A DNA stretch of 64,000 nt, taken from Patescibacteria group bacterium (lineage in GTDB: Bacteria; Patescibacteriota; Saccharimonadia; UBA4664; SCTI01). The notes under the pieces are model-generated. The model was not told where the DNA came from, did not search any database, and saw nothing but the letters and a program-made list of their open reading frames with translations. Numbering within the stretch: the first letter of the stretch is position 1; every line of letters begins with the position of its first letter. Below, piece by piece: positions 54,776-63,296 of the stretch. Where the stretch lies: assembly GCA_004297735.1 (NCBI GenBank), contig SCTI01000001.1:115467-179466 (forward strand), given 5' to 3'. A program made the translations under genes and the position numbers.

Positions 54776-55783
54776 ATGATGGCAAAGAAGAAAGAAGAGA
54801 TCCAGAACGAAGAAATCGTTACTGACGAGCAGGTTGAAGCTCAGGCCGAGGCTGTAACTGACGAAGCTCCAGCCGATAACGCTGCCAAAGAAAACACCGA
54901 CGAAACCCCAGATGACACGGTTGATGAGGATAGCAAGCCTCGCACCACCAAGGCTGGTAAGCGCAGCGCTAAGGCTCAGCGAGAGGCCGACGAAGAAGAA
55001 GCCCGCAAAGAGGCCGCCAAAGAGGATAAAGAGGCTCCAGTAAAGCCTAAAATCGTTCACACGCCTAACCCAAAGAACCGTCACGGCAAAAACTACTTGA
55101 GCTCCCGTGAGCTGATTGAAGAGGGTAAGTTTTACGAGCTACCTGAGGCAATTGAGCTGGCAAAGAAGACCAGCAAGGTCAAGTTTGATGCTTCGGTTGA
55201 GCTGCATATGAACCTAGGAGTTGATCCTAAGCAGGCCGACCAGATGGTGCGTTCAACCGTGGTGCTTCCAGCTGGTACCGGTAAGACCATTCGCGTGGCC
55301 GTAATTGCTCCAACCGATAAGCATGCCGATGCCAAGAAGGCAGGTGCCGATATCGTCAGCGACGAAGCCCTGGTTGAGACCATTAGCAAGGGCAAGATTG
55401 AGTTTGATACCCTAATTGCCACCCCAGACATGATGGCCAAGCTCAGCAAGGCTGCTAAGGTGCTTGGGCCGCGTGGCTTAATGCCAAACCCTAAGAGTGG
55501 TACTGTGACTGCCAACGTAGCGCAGGCGGTTGAGCAGGCTAAGGCCGGTAAGGTTGAGTTCCGCATCGACAAGCAGGCCATTGTTCACCTGCCGGTCGGC
55601 AAGGTTAGCTTTGCGGATGACAAGCTGCTCGAAAACCTGACTACCGCTATTCAGGCGATCATGAAGGCCAAGCCGGCCGCCGCTAAGGGTACTTACGTCG
55701 AGGCGATCTCGTTGACCACCTCCATGGGCCCTGGCATCAAGATTGATGTCACCAAGGCAATTGCCGCCAGCAACAAACGCTAA
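54776..55783 (+). CDS. rplA: 50S ribosomal protein L1 with long charged N-terminal extension
   Basis: KFDASVE, LGPRGLMPNPKSGTV, TSMGPG. Confidence 0.97.
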   Translation: MMAKKKEEIQNEEIVTDEQVEAQAEAVTDEAPADNAAKENTDETPDDTVDEDSKPRTTKAGKRSAKAQREADEEEARKEAAKEDKEAPVKPKIVHTPNPKNRHGKNYLSSRELIEEGKFYELPEAIELAKKTSKVKFDASVELHMNLGVDPKQADQMVRSTVVLPAGTGKTIRVAVIAPTDKHADAKKAGADIVSDEALVETISKGKIEFDTLIATPDMMAKLSKAAKVLGPRGLMPNPKSGTVTANVAQAVEQAKAGKVEFRIDKQAIVHLPVGKVSFADDKLLENLTTAIQAIMKAKPAAAKGTYVEAISLTTSMGPGIKIDVTKAIAASNKR

Positions 55784-55802
55784 AACTACTTTTTAGATCA
55801 TC

Positions 55803-55826
55803 AAGCCGCCCGGTTGGGCGGTTTTT
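55803..55826 (+). terminator. intrinsic terminator after rplA
   Basis: AAGCCGCCC-GGTT-GGGCGGTTTTT. Confidence 0.85.
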
Positions 55827-55971
55827 GATCGGGTAACTGTATTTGACTCGGATCTTTTTGAGTAAAACTATTTAGACTTTTTGACTCAAATTGGCTGTGT
55901 AAAACTACGTGTGCGCCCAGAGCGCACCCACACGTCGCAGCTGCTTCAAAGGTAATTAGCCCTGCTTCGTG

Positions 55972-56184
55972 CAGTCGGGGGCTGTAGTACCGGAATGTTC
56001 CGCCGACGTTCGGTGTAAAACGTCGGCCTGTAGGTTGAAGGTTTAACCCTGCTACCGATCCTTGCCGATGGCGAGGCGTTGTGTGCCAGTAGTGGCCTCA
56101 ACACCCATGTGCTTAGACTCTTGTTCTCTTCTGACGAGCGGTCGCAGCACCCAGTATTCTTACTCCTCCGGTAGCCCCCGGCTG
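55972..56184 (+). ncRNA. putative RT-associated ncRNA (retron msr-msd-like or DRT-like)
   Basis: Terminal inverted repeat CAGTCGGGGGCT (55972-83) / AGCCCCCGGCTG (56173-84) enclosing five hairpins, directly upstream of the RT. Confidence 0.7.
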
Positions 56185-56214
56185 ATTACTGGCTTCTACG
56201 ATCTAGGAGCAAAC

Positions 56215-57258
56215 ATGCCCCTTCACAACACCGGCCAGCTTGAGCTTGAGCTGGAAGCGTTGATGGAGGAGCCGCTGTTTCACTCCTTCATCCATAAAGA
56301 TGTAAATCGACTCTCTGGAAACGTTAAGTTTCGGCGGGTTTCAGCGCCCAATAAAGCGATGCGCAAGATTCACTTGCAGATTCGAGCGGCGTTGAGCCGG
56401 CTTGATGTTGAAATGCCATACGTCACCGCTGGGCTTCGCAAATCCAAAGTGGTCAACCACGTCAAGGCACATCGTGGCAATCAGTACCTGTGTTGCTATG
56501 ATCTGAAGGCCGCGTATGATCACGTCCGGCCAGAAGCGATGGCTGACATCTTGCGCCAACATGGGTTGCCGGAGTCAGACATTGAACTTGTAGCTCGATA
56601 CTGCTTCGGTAATGAAAGCGGTGGATTGGTGACGGGTGGGCTGGTTTCAGTTCAGCTGTTCAACCTGTACGCCAATGAGGTAATCGACCAGCCGCTCGCA
56701 ACGTTGTTTGCCGAGCGAGGCGGCATCACCTATACCCGTTACATTGATGACCTGATTATCTCCTCGGGTGCTCCGATCGGGAGACGGTTCCGTAGGTCGA
56801 TCCTGCAAATCATTCGGGCGGCTGGGTTCGAGATCAAGCCGGCTAAAACACAGCTAATTGATCTGGCGGCCGAGCATAGTCAGATGGCGGTACTCAACGG
56901 GATTGGGCTCGACCTGAACGGCGAGCTGCACGTAAGGCCGCATTATCGCGAACTGCTCTACAGGCTTATCAAGAGAGCTCAGGCAGGAGAGATTGACCCG
57001 AGTGTCGTCCACGGGTGCATGGGGGCGTTTTACGTCATCAAGCCGCGTGGGCAGCAAATGACTCCAGGCGAGCGCAAGCTGGATCGAGCCTATCGCTGGT
57101 ATGTTAATCAGCAGCGGCGAGCAGATCCTGGCCGACCCGAGCGCCGGAGGCGCAAGCAGCAGCAGTATCGCGCCCGGCGACGACTCAAGCCAAGCTATAA
57201 GCGGCATGGTCGCCGTAGCGGACCGGTTGGCACGTACCGACCAAGACCGACTTTTTAA
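56215..57258 (+). CDS. retron-like reverse transcriptase (347 aa)
   Basis: RRVSAP, NHVKAH (region X-like), YDLKAAY, GLVTGGLVS..LFN, YTRYIDDLIIS, KT...VLNG (region Y-like); AGGAG SD before ATG 56215. Confidence 0.88.
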   Translation: MPLHNTGQLELELEALMEEPLFHSFIHKDVNRLSGNVKFRRVSAPNKAMRKIHLQIRAALSRLDVEMPYVTAGLRKSKVVNHVKAHRGNQYLCCYDLKAAYDHVRPEAMADILRQHGLPESDIELVARYCFGNESGGLVTGGLVSVQLFNLYANEVIDQPLATLFAERGGITYTRYIDDLIISSGAPIGRRFRRSILQIIRAAGFEIKPAKTQLIDLAAEHSQMAVLNGIGLDLNGELHVRPHYRELLYRLIKRAQAGEIDPSVVHGCMGAFYVIKPRGQQMTPGERKLDRAYRWYVNQQRRADPGRPERRRRKQQQYRARRRLKPSYKRHGRRSGPVGTYRPRPTF

Positions 57259-57259
57259 C

Positions 57260-57298
57260 CCCGCGCGTGGTAGCCACTACGCGCGGGAGTTTCGTTTA
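57260..57298 (+). terminator. terminator-like hairpin immediately after the RT stop
   Basis: CCCGCGCGTGGT-AGCC-ACTACGCGCGGG-AGTTTCGTTT. Confidence 0.7.
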
Positions 57299-57421
57299 AT
57301 GAATAAATTATGTGTCTGCTACTTGGCTTTAATAACTGGTATTATTCCGCCCTCAAACCTGGTTTAATCAATATTTAATTATGTTTTGGCAGACTGTATT
57401 GTATTAAATAAGGACGCAGAA

Positions 57422-57625
57422 ATGGGGGCAGAAAAAGTATCGTTTGAGGGGGTTCTAGAGCGGTTGCGAGATGTTGAGGTTAAGTTTGAAAACCTTAGGG
57501 CTAACACTGAGGGCATTACAAAAGACATCCTGGCAGATACCAATAATATGCCAACGTACGAAAGAAGACTCAAGAAGCTGGAGTCAGCAGTTGCGGTGCT
57601 GCAGCGGCTTAAACAAAGGAGGTAA
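57422..57625 (+). CDS. small coiled-coil hypothetical protein
   Basis: Heptad pattern; 3 nt from next ORF. Confidence 0.55.
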   Translation: MGAEKVSFEGVLERLRDVEVKFENLRANTEGITKDILADTNNMPTYERRLKKLESAVAVLQRLKQRR

Positions 57626-57628
57626 TAT

Positions 57629-57955
57629 ATGAGCCAGAAAGTTTTCACCTACAAAGGGATTACTATTGATATTGATAGCCCGAGAGATAGTTCCATTTTT
57701 CGTTTGATACCAGTAGAAAAAGTTGATAGTGAGTGGCGCAGTCTGCATTGGGGGTACCAGTGGTACCGCAGTCGCTTGGCGATTGCGTTGAGATTGTGGG
57801 GGATGAATGACGAAGCTAAGGAGACTTTCGAGAAGCTTATTGAGATTGAAAATAACGTTAAAGATGGCTATGTCCCTCCATATGACCGTGCAGCTGAAGA
57901 AAGGAAGGAGCACGAAGAGTACATAAAAGCCGTCTTTGGTTCGGTCCAGAGTTGA
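57629..57955 (+). CDS. hypothetical protein (108 aa)
   Basis: Strong AAGGAGGT SD; no recognisable motif. Confidence 0.65.
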   Translation: MSQKVFTYKGITIDIDSPRDSSIFRLIPVEKVDSEWRSLHWGYQWYRSRLAIALRLWGMNDEAKETFEKLIEIENNVKDGYVPPYDRAAEERKEHEEYIKAVFGSVQS

Positions 57956-58106
57956 CAAACATCGGTTCAACAGATACAATCATTGAGATTACTGAAGACC
58001 GGAGCGGCCGCAAAGCTTAATCAGCTCCCGAGGTACATTAGATTTCATGCTGCGTTCATGAATATTTAATGAGACGTCTTCGGCTAATCGCCGAATTTTT
58101 TGTTTT
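57952..58106 (+). promoter_or_regulatory. rplJL promoter and L10 leader
   Basis: TTGACA-N17-TACAAT; GAAGAC-CGGAGC...TTAAT...GCTCCC-GAGG...GTCTTC fits L10(L12)4-binding leader. Confidence 0.75.
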
Positions 58107-58117
58107 TGGAGACCAAG

Positions 58118-58648
58118 ATGGCAATTACTCGACAGCGAAAAGAAGAGACCGTAGCTCAGCTCCAGGATACCCTGGGACAGCTAAAGTTAATGGTAATGAC
58201 CGACTACCGTGGTTTAACGGTGCCGGAAATTACTGAGTTGCGTGGTAAGCTTCGCGATTCGGGTGTGAACTACTCGGTTACCAAAAACACCCTGTTACGG
58301 ATTGCGGCGAAGAACACGCCCAACCTAGCAGACATCGACCCAGCAACCTTTACCGGCCCGATGGCTTTGGCCATTTCGACCGAGGACGAGGTTGAGCCAG
58401 CTCGCGTGGTATTCCAGTACGCCAAAGAGCACAAGGCGCTCGAAATCGTTGGTGCTATCACCGGCGACGGACAGCTACTGAGCCCAGCCGAGGTTAAGGC
58501 GCTGGCAACTCTACCGACTCGCGAGCAGCTTATTGCTCAGGTGGTTGGCACGATTGCCGCACCTTTGAGTGGTTTGGTTGGTGTAATGGGTGCCAATGTT
58601 CGCGGTATTGTTACCGTACTCAACGCAATTAAAGAAGCAAAAGAATAA
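58118..58648 (+). CDS. rplJ: 50S ribosomal protein L10
   Basis: [21 protein letters not shown]. Confidence 0.98.
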   Translation: MAITRQRKEETVAQLQDTLGQLKLMVMTDYRGLTVPEITELRGKLRDSGVNYSVTKNTLLRIAAKNTPNLADIDPATFTGPMALAISTEDEVEPARVVFQYAKEHKALEIVGAITGDGQLLSPAEVKALATLPTREQLIAQVVGTIAAPLSGLVGVMGANVRGIVTVLNAIKEAKE

Positions 58649-58658
58649 GGAGGCCATC

Positions 58659-59099
58659 ATGGCAGAGGAAGTAAAAGAGACCCCAGCAGTAGAAGCTGCA
58701 GAAGAGAAAAAAGAAGTTCCAGCTAAGTTTAAGGACTTGGTTGAGCAGATCGACAAGCTGAGCGTACTTGAGCTGAGCGAGTTGGTTAAGGTACTTGAGG
58801 ATCACTACGGCGTGTCCGCAGCTGCACCAGCAGTTGCTGTAGCCGCAGCTCCAGGTGCAGGTGGCGACGAAGCCGCCGCCGAGGAGAAGAGCGCTTACAC
58901 CGTGGTTCTGGCTGCTGCAGGCGACCAGAAGATTAACGTCATCAAGGCGGTTCGCGAGATTACCGGCCAGGGCCTGGCTGAAAGCAAGGCATTGGTTGAT
59001 GGTGCTCCTAAGCCAATTAAGGAAAACGTTCCTAAGGCTGAGGCCGAAGAAGCTAAGGCTGCCCTTGAGGCCGCTGGTGCAACTGTAGAGCTTCAGTAA
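58659..59099 (+). CDS. rplL: 50S ribosomal protein L7/L12
   Basis: [31 protein letters not shown]; start after AAGGAGG. Confidence 0.98.
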   Translation: MAEEVKETPAVEAAEEKKEVPAKFKDLVEQIDKLSVLELSELVKVLEDHYGVSAAAPAVAVAAAPGAGGDEAAAEEKSAYTVVLAAAGDQKINVIKAVREITGQGLAESKALVDGAPKPIKENVPKAEAEEAKAALEAAGATVELQ

Positions 59100-59224
59100 A
59101 CAAGCTCCTGCTAGCGTCAAAGTAAAGCTTCTTACCAGAAGCTCAGGCGGCAAACTTTGACGTTAGCCTGTCTTCATGATTCAATAAGTATAATTTGGTA
59201 TACCAAAACAAAAGGGTACAACCT

Positions 59225-59737
59225 GTGACCGACATTGCCGATAAACAACTCAAAACTCTCAAAAAGCTAATAGAACAGGCTGAGACCAACCTGGCCGGGG
59301 CCAAAGAGCTGCTTGCCAGCTTGGTCGGCGACGACGAGACGGTGGCGCCAAGCCGTACCGTAGCCGAGGTTACCGGAAAGGTAATGGAGGGTCGTTTTGA
59401 CGGCGAGCGAATGATTGGTCCAGATGGCAAGCCATATTCGGTGCCGGCCAACTACGCCTCAAAATCAAAGCTAGTTCAAGGCGATGGCCTTAAGCTGACC
59501 ATTGGTGATGATGGTTCTTTCTTGTATAAGCAGATTTCTCCAATTGCCCGTCGCAAGGTGATTGGTACGCTCAACCTTAAAGATGGCCAGTATTATGTTG
59601 AATATCAGGGTCACGACTATCGAGTTTTGTTTGCCAGCGTTACCTACTATAAGGCGCAACCTGGTGATCAGGTAACCATTGTGATCCCCGAAGAGGGTGA
59701 GGCCGACTGGGCCGCAATCGAGGCCGTCCTCGTCTAG
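59225..59737 (+). CDS. conserved hypothetical protein
   Basis: EGRFDG..M...DGK.Y.VPANYASKSKLV.GD motif; host-like codon use. Confidence 0.75.
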   Translation: MTDIADKQLKTLKKLIEQAETNLAGAKELLASLVGDDETVAPSRTVAEVTGKVMEGRFDGERMIGPDGKPYSVPANYASKSKLVQGDGLKLTIGDDGSFLYKQISPIARRKVIGTLNLKDGQYYVEYQGHDYRVLFASVTYYKAQPGDQVTIVIPEEGEADWAAIEAVLV

Positions 59738-59825
59738 TAGTTATCCCCAGATTGTGTACAACTGCCATCTGGAAAATATAGGTTAGCGGCGCTATACTGG
59801 TGTTAGTAGTAAGTAGGGGTTTAAC

Positions 59826-61334
59826 GTGTCTCAGGTGGCCTGGTATCGCAAATACCGCAGCCAAAATTTTGATACCGTGTTGGGGCAGCAGCAGGTGGTA
59901 GAAACCTTACGCTCGGCAATCGCTAGCGATCATCTTAGCCATGCCTACCTGTTTACTGGCCCCAGAGGGGTTGGTAAGACGAGCGTGGCAAGGTTGCTAG
60001 CCCGGGCGGCTAACTGTACCGCCACAGATCCGGCTCAGCGCCCCTGTGGCACTTGCGACAACTGCAAGGTTGAGATTGGTAGCCACCTGGACTTGATCGA
60101 GATAGATGCCGCCAGCAATCGCGGTATTGATGATGCCAGGGCGCTACGCGAAAAAATTACCAGTGCGCCTTCGATGGGTCGCTATAAGGTGTATATTATC
60201 GACGAGGTGCACATGTTGACCACCGAAGCTTTTAATGCCCTGCTCAAGACGCTAGAGGAGCCACCAGCACATGCTATTTTTATTCTGGCCACAACCGAGG
60301 CTCACAAGCTACCCGAAACCATCGTATCGCGAACTCAAAACTTTCGTTTTAGGGCGATCGGCACCAAAGATATGCTGGCCCACCTGCGCTACATCGCCGA
60401 TCAGGAAAAGGTGGCGATAGATGATGGCGCTTTAGAGCTAATTGCAACCACCAGCCAGGGCAGCTTTCGTGATGCAATCGGCATGTTGGATCAAGCAGCA
60501 AACAGCGGTTTAGCGCAGCTCGATGCGGTGGCTTTGCGGCAGCTACTAGGCCATTCTGACCCTGAGCTGGTGCAGTCAATTGTTGGGGCTATAGACGAAA
60601 GTAATGCTAAAGGCTTGCTAGCAGCCATAGATGAGGCTCAAGCTGAAGCCGCTCAACCAGCCCAGTTGGCCCAACAGCTGGTTGGAGTGTACCGGGCGCG
60701 AGTTCGTAGCGCCGCGGCGGCTAACCAAGATGACGCCGGTTTAGGCGAAGCAATTTGGGCGATTGAGCTACTGCTCCCGGTTTTAAAGTCACCTTGGCCT
60801 CAGCTGGCGCTCGAAGCGGCTTTGCTGCGGTTGATTAAAGGTCAGCCCGAGCTAGCTAGTAAGCCACGATTAACGTCGACTCGCAGTTCAAAAGCGCAGT
60901 CAATCAGCCCGACTCAAACTGAATCTAATGCTTCACCGGCGAGCTCAGAGGCCAAAAAAGATGACGCTCAACCGGCGCCATCAACCGGTTCGGCTCAATA
61001 TAGCGATGAGCTATGGATGAAGGCGTTAACCCACATTAAGCAGCGCAACAACTCGCTATACGCCTTACTGCGCTCATCTTGCGCGGTGGAGTTCAGGGAA
61101 AACAACGAAGTGGTGTTGGCCTGTCGTTTTGGGTTTCACCGCGATCGGTTGAAAGAAACCAAGAATAAGCAGGTTATTGAGCAGGCTTTAGCCAAGGTGT
61201 ATGGGACAAAGTTTACGGTTCTGCCTCAGCTTGAGACCCGACAGGCATCAGCGGCTCCAGCGCCAACACCGGCACCGGAAGCTGAACTGGTGGCCTCGGC
61301 TCTTGAAATTCTTGGTGGCGAGGTGGTTTCATGA
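59826..61334 (+). CDS. dnaX: DNA polymerase III gamma/tau
   Basis: YRKYR, GPRGVGKT, EIDAASN, IIDEVHML, NALLKTLEEPP. Confidence 0.97.
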   Translation: MSQVAWYRKYRSQNFDTVLGQQQVVETLRSAIASDHLSHAYLFTGPRGVGKTSVARLLARAANCTATDPAQRPCGTCDNCKVEIGSHLDLIEIDAASNRGIDDARALREKITSAPSMGRYKVYIIDEVHMLTTEAFNALLKTLEEPPAHAIFILATTEAHKLPETIVSRTQNFRFRAIGTKDMLAHLRYIADQEKVAIDDGALELIATTSQGSFRDAIGMLDQAANSGLAQLDAVALRQLLGHSDPELVQSIVGAIDESNAKGLLAAIDEAQAEAAQPAQLAQQLVGVYRARVRSAAAANQDDAGLGEAIWAIELLLPVLKSPWPQLALEAALLRLIKGQPELASKPRLTSTRSSKAQSISPTQTESNASPASSEAKKDDAQPAPSTGSAQYSDELWMKALTHIKQRNNSLYALLRSSCAVEFRENNEVVLACRFGFHRDRLKETKNKQVIEQALAKVYGTKFTVLPQLETRQASAAPAPTPAPEAELVASALEILGGEVVS

Positions 61335-62731
61335 GCCGCGCTACCGACACTAAAAAAGCAATTAAGGGGAATATTGGCAGAATGGTTGCCCCCGGTACGG
61401 TTCCGCCCCATAACCTGGAGGCCGAGGCAGGTCTGTTGGGAGGTATTTTAGTTGATAAAGAGGCCTTGATTAAGGTCGCCGATGTCGTAAAGGCTGAAGA
61501 CTTTTATGTCGATCGCAATGGCATTATCTTTACGGCCATGATTGAGCTGTATGAGGCTCGTCAGCCAATTGATCTACTGACCCTGTCGAACCGTCTTGGC
61601 GAGCTAGAGGAGTTAGAGCGTATTGGTGGCGCAGTTTACCTTACCGAGCTAGCTGAGGGCGTCCCAACCGCTTCGCACGTCGTCCATTATGCGAACATTG
61701 TGTCGCACAAAGCCACCCTTCGCCGCTTAATCAGCGCAGCTGGCACCATTGCCGGTTTGGGTCACGACGAAACCACACCGCTGGACGACCTGCTGGATGA
61801 GGCCGAACAAACCCTGTTTACGGTTTCACAGAAGCACCTTAAGCAGAACTTTATCCCAATTAGCTCGGTATTGGCCGACTCTTTTGATCGTCTAGACGAG
61901 CTGCACAAGGATAAAAACAGCCTTAGAGGTGTGCCGACCGGCTTTAAAGCAATGGATAATCTACTGGCCGGTCTGCAAAAATCAGACTTGGTAATTTTGG
62001 CGGCCCGGCCGAGTATGGGTAAGACCACCCTAGCTTTAAACATTGCTCACCATGTAGCGACCAAAGAGGGTATACCGGTTGGTGTGTTTTCGCTGGAAAT
62101 GGGCAAAGAGCAGCTGATCGATCGTTTGCTGGCGGCCGAGTCGGGGATTGATTCCTGGAAGCTGCGTAACGGGCGGCTAGAAGATAGCGATTTTCCTAAA
62201 ATTAACGACGCGATGGCGGTTTTGAGTGAGGCGCCAATCTATATTGATGACTCCGCTACCACCAATATTTTGGAGATGCGTACCAAGGCGCGCCGGCTTC
62301 AGACCGAGCACGATTTAGGCCTGATTGTGATTGACTACTTGCAGCTGATTAGCGGCCGCAAGATTGGTTCGGGCGACAACCGTACGCAAGAGGTATCGGA
62401 AATTTCGCGTGGTCTCAAGGCCCTGGCACGCGAGCTCAACGTTCCGGTACTAGCATTGAGCCAGCTATCGCGTAGCGTGGAATCGCGAACTCCGCCGGTA
62501 CCACAGCTGTCAGACCTACGCGAATCCGGTTCGATTGAGCAGGATGCGGACGTGGTGATGTTTATTTACCGTGAGGAATACTACAAGCGCGAAGAGTCGG
62601 AGCAGCCCGGCATGGCTCAAATCTTGATCCAGAAGCATCGTAACGGACCAACCGGCGTGGCCGATCTGTACTTCCATCCCGAACGGACCCTGTTCCGCGA
62701 TCTCGATCAAGCTCACCAGTATACACCTTAG
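61331..62731 (+). CDS. dnaB: replicative DNA helicase
   Basis: AARPSMGKT, IDYLQL, SDLRESGSIEQDAD, KHRNGPTG; no intein. Confidence 0.98.
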   Translation: MSRATDTKKAIKGNIGRMVAPGTVPPHNLEAEAGLLGGILVDKEALIKVADVVKAEDFYVDRNGIIFTAMIELYEARQPIDLLTLSNRLGELEELERIGGAVYLTELAEGVPTASHVVHYANIVSHKATLRRLISAAGTIAGLGHDETTPLDDLLDEAEQTLFTVSQKHLKQNFIPISSVLADSFDRLDELHKDKNSLRGVPTGFKAMDNLLAGLQKSDLVILAARPSMGKTTLALNIAHHVATKEGIPVGVFSLEMGKEQLIDRLLAAESGIDSWKLRNGRLEDSDFPKINDAMAVLSEAPIYIDDSATTNILEMRTKARRLQTEHDLGLIVIDYLQLISGRKIGSGDNRTQEVSEISRGLKALARELNVPVLALSQLSRSVESRTPPVPQLSDLRESGSIEQDADVVMFIYREEYYKREESEQPGMAQILIQKHRNGPTGVADLYFHPERTLFRDLDQAHQYTP

Positions 62732-62755
62732 TTTACAATCTAGCCGATTACGGCT

Positions 62756-63286
62756 ATGCTTATATTAGAAACGATCAGGATACAAACAACAGTGGCAAAA
62801 GCACGTCGGGGTTCAACCACCGGTCAGGTAGCAAGGTTCGGCATGGTGGGGATAATGAATACCATTATCGATTACGTTATTTACATTGGCTTAACCAAGA
62901 TGTTTTCGATCCCGTTGGATCGAGTATGGACGGCTAAGCTGGTGTCCGGTAGTGTAGCCATCGCCAATAGCTTTTACTTTAATCGAACTTGGGTGTTCCA
63001 AAGAGGCTCCTCCAAGCACGCCAAGCAGGAGTTTGTGCGCTTTATGATTGCTACTTTTGTGGCGGTATATGTGATTCAGCTTAGCTTGGTGCAGTTCTTT
63101 AGCAGCGAGTTCCAGTGGTTTGGCACAACCGTCTATGATATTTTGCAAACTCTTGGTTTGGTTGAGCTGCTTCCACACATCTTAACCGAAAGTTTTGTGA
63201 TTAAAACGGTGGCTTTTGCGCTGGCAACCTTAGCTAGCATGAGCTGGAACTTCGTACTGTACAAGGTTTGGGCGTTTAAGGACTAG
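62756..63286 (+). CDS. GtrA-family flippase-like protein
   Basis: RFGMVGIMNTIID, NR.WVF, WNFVLYKVWAF. Confidence 0.85.
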   Translation: MLILETIRIQTTVAKARRGSTTGQVARFGMVGIMNTIIDYVIYIGLTKMFSIPLDRVWTAKLVSGSVAIANSFYFNRTWVFQRGSSKHAKQEFVRFMIATFVAVYVIQLSLVQFFSSEFQWFGTTVYDILQTLGLVELLPHILTESFVIKTVAFALATLASMSWNFVLYKVWAFKD

Positions 63287-63296
63287 GAGACTTTAA

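Noticed and set aside
56062..56214. 51-aa N-terminal extension of the RT from TTG 56062
   Set aside because: Overlaps the structured RNA; ATG 56215 has an AGGAG SD and gives a typical RT N-terminus
55784..57955. Diversity-generating retroelement or group II intron interpretation of the RT
   Set aside because: No GNLTSQ-type DGR motif, no TR/VR pair or Avd seen; no maturase/endonuclease domains or intron domain V/VI recognised
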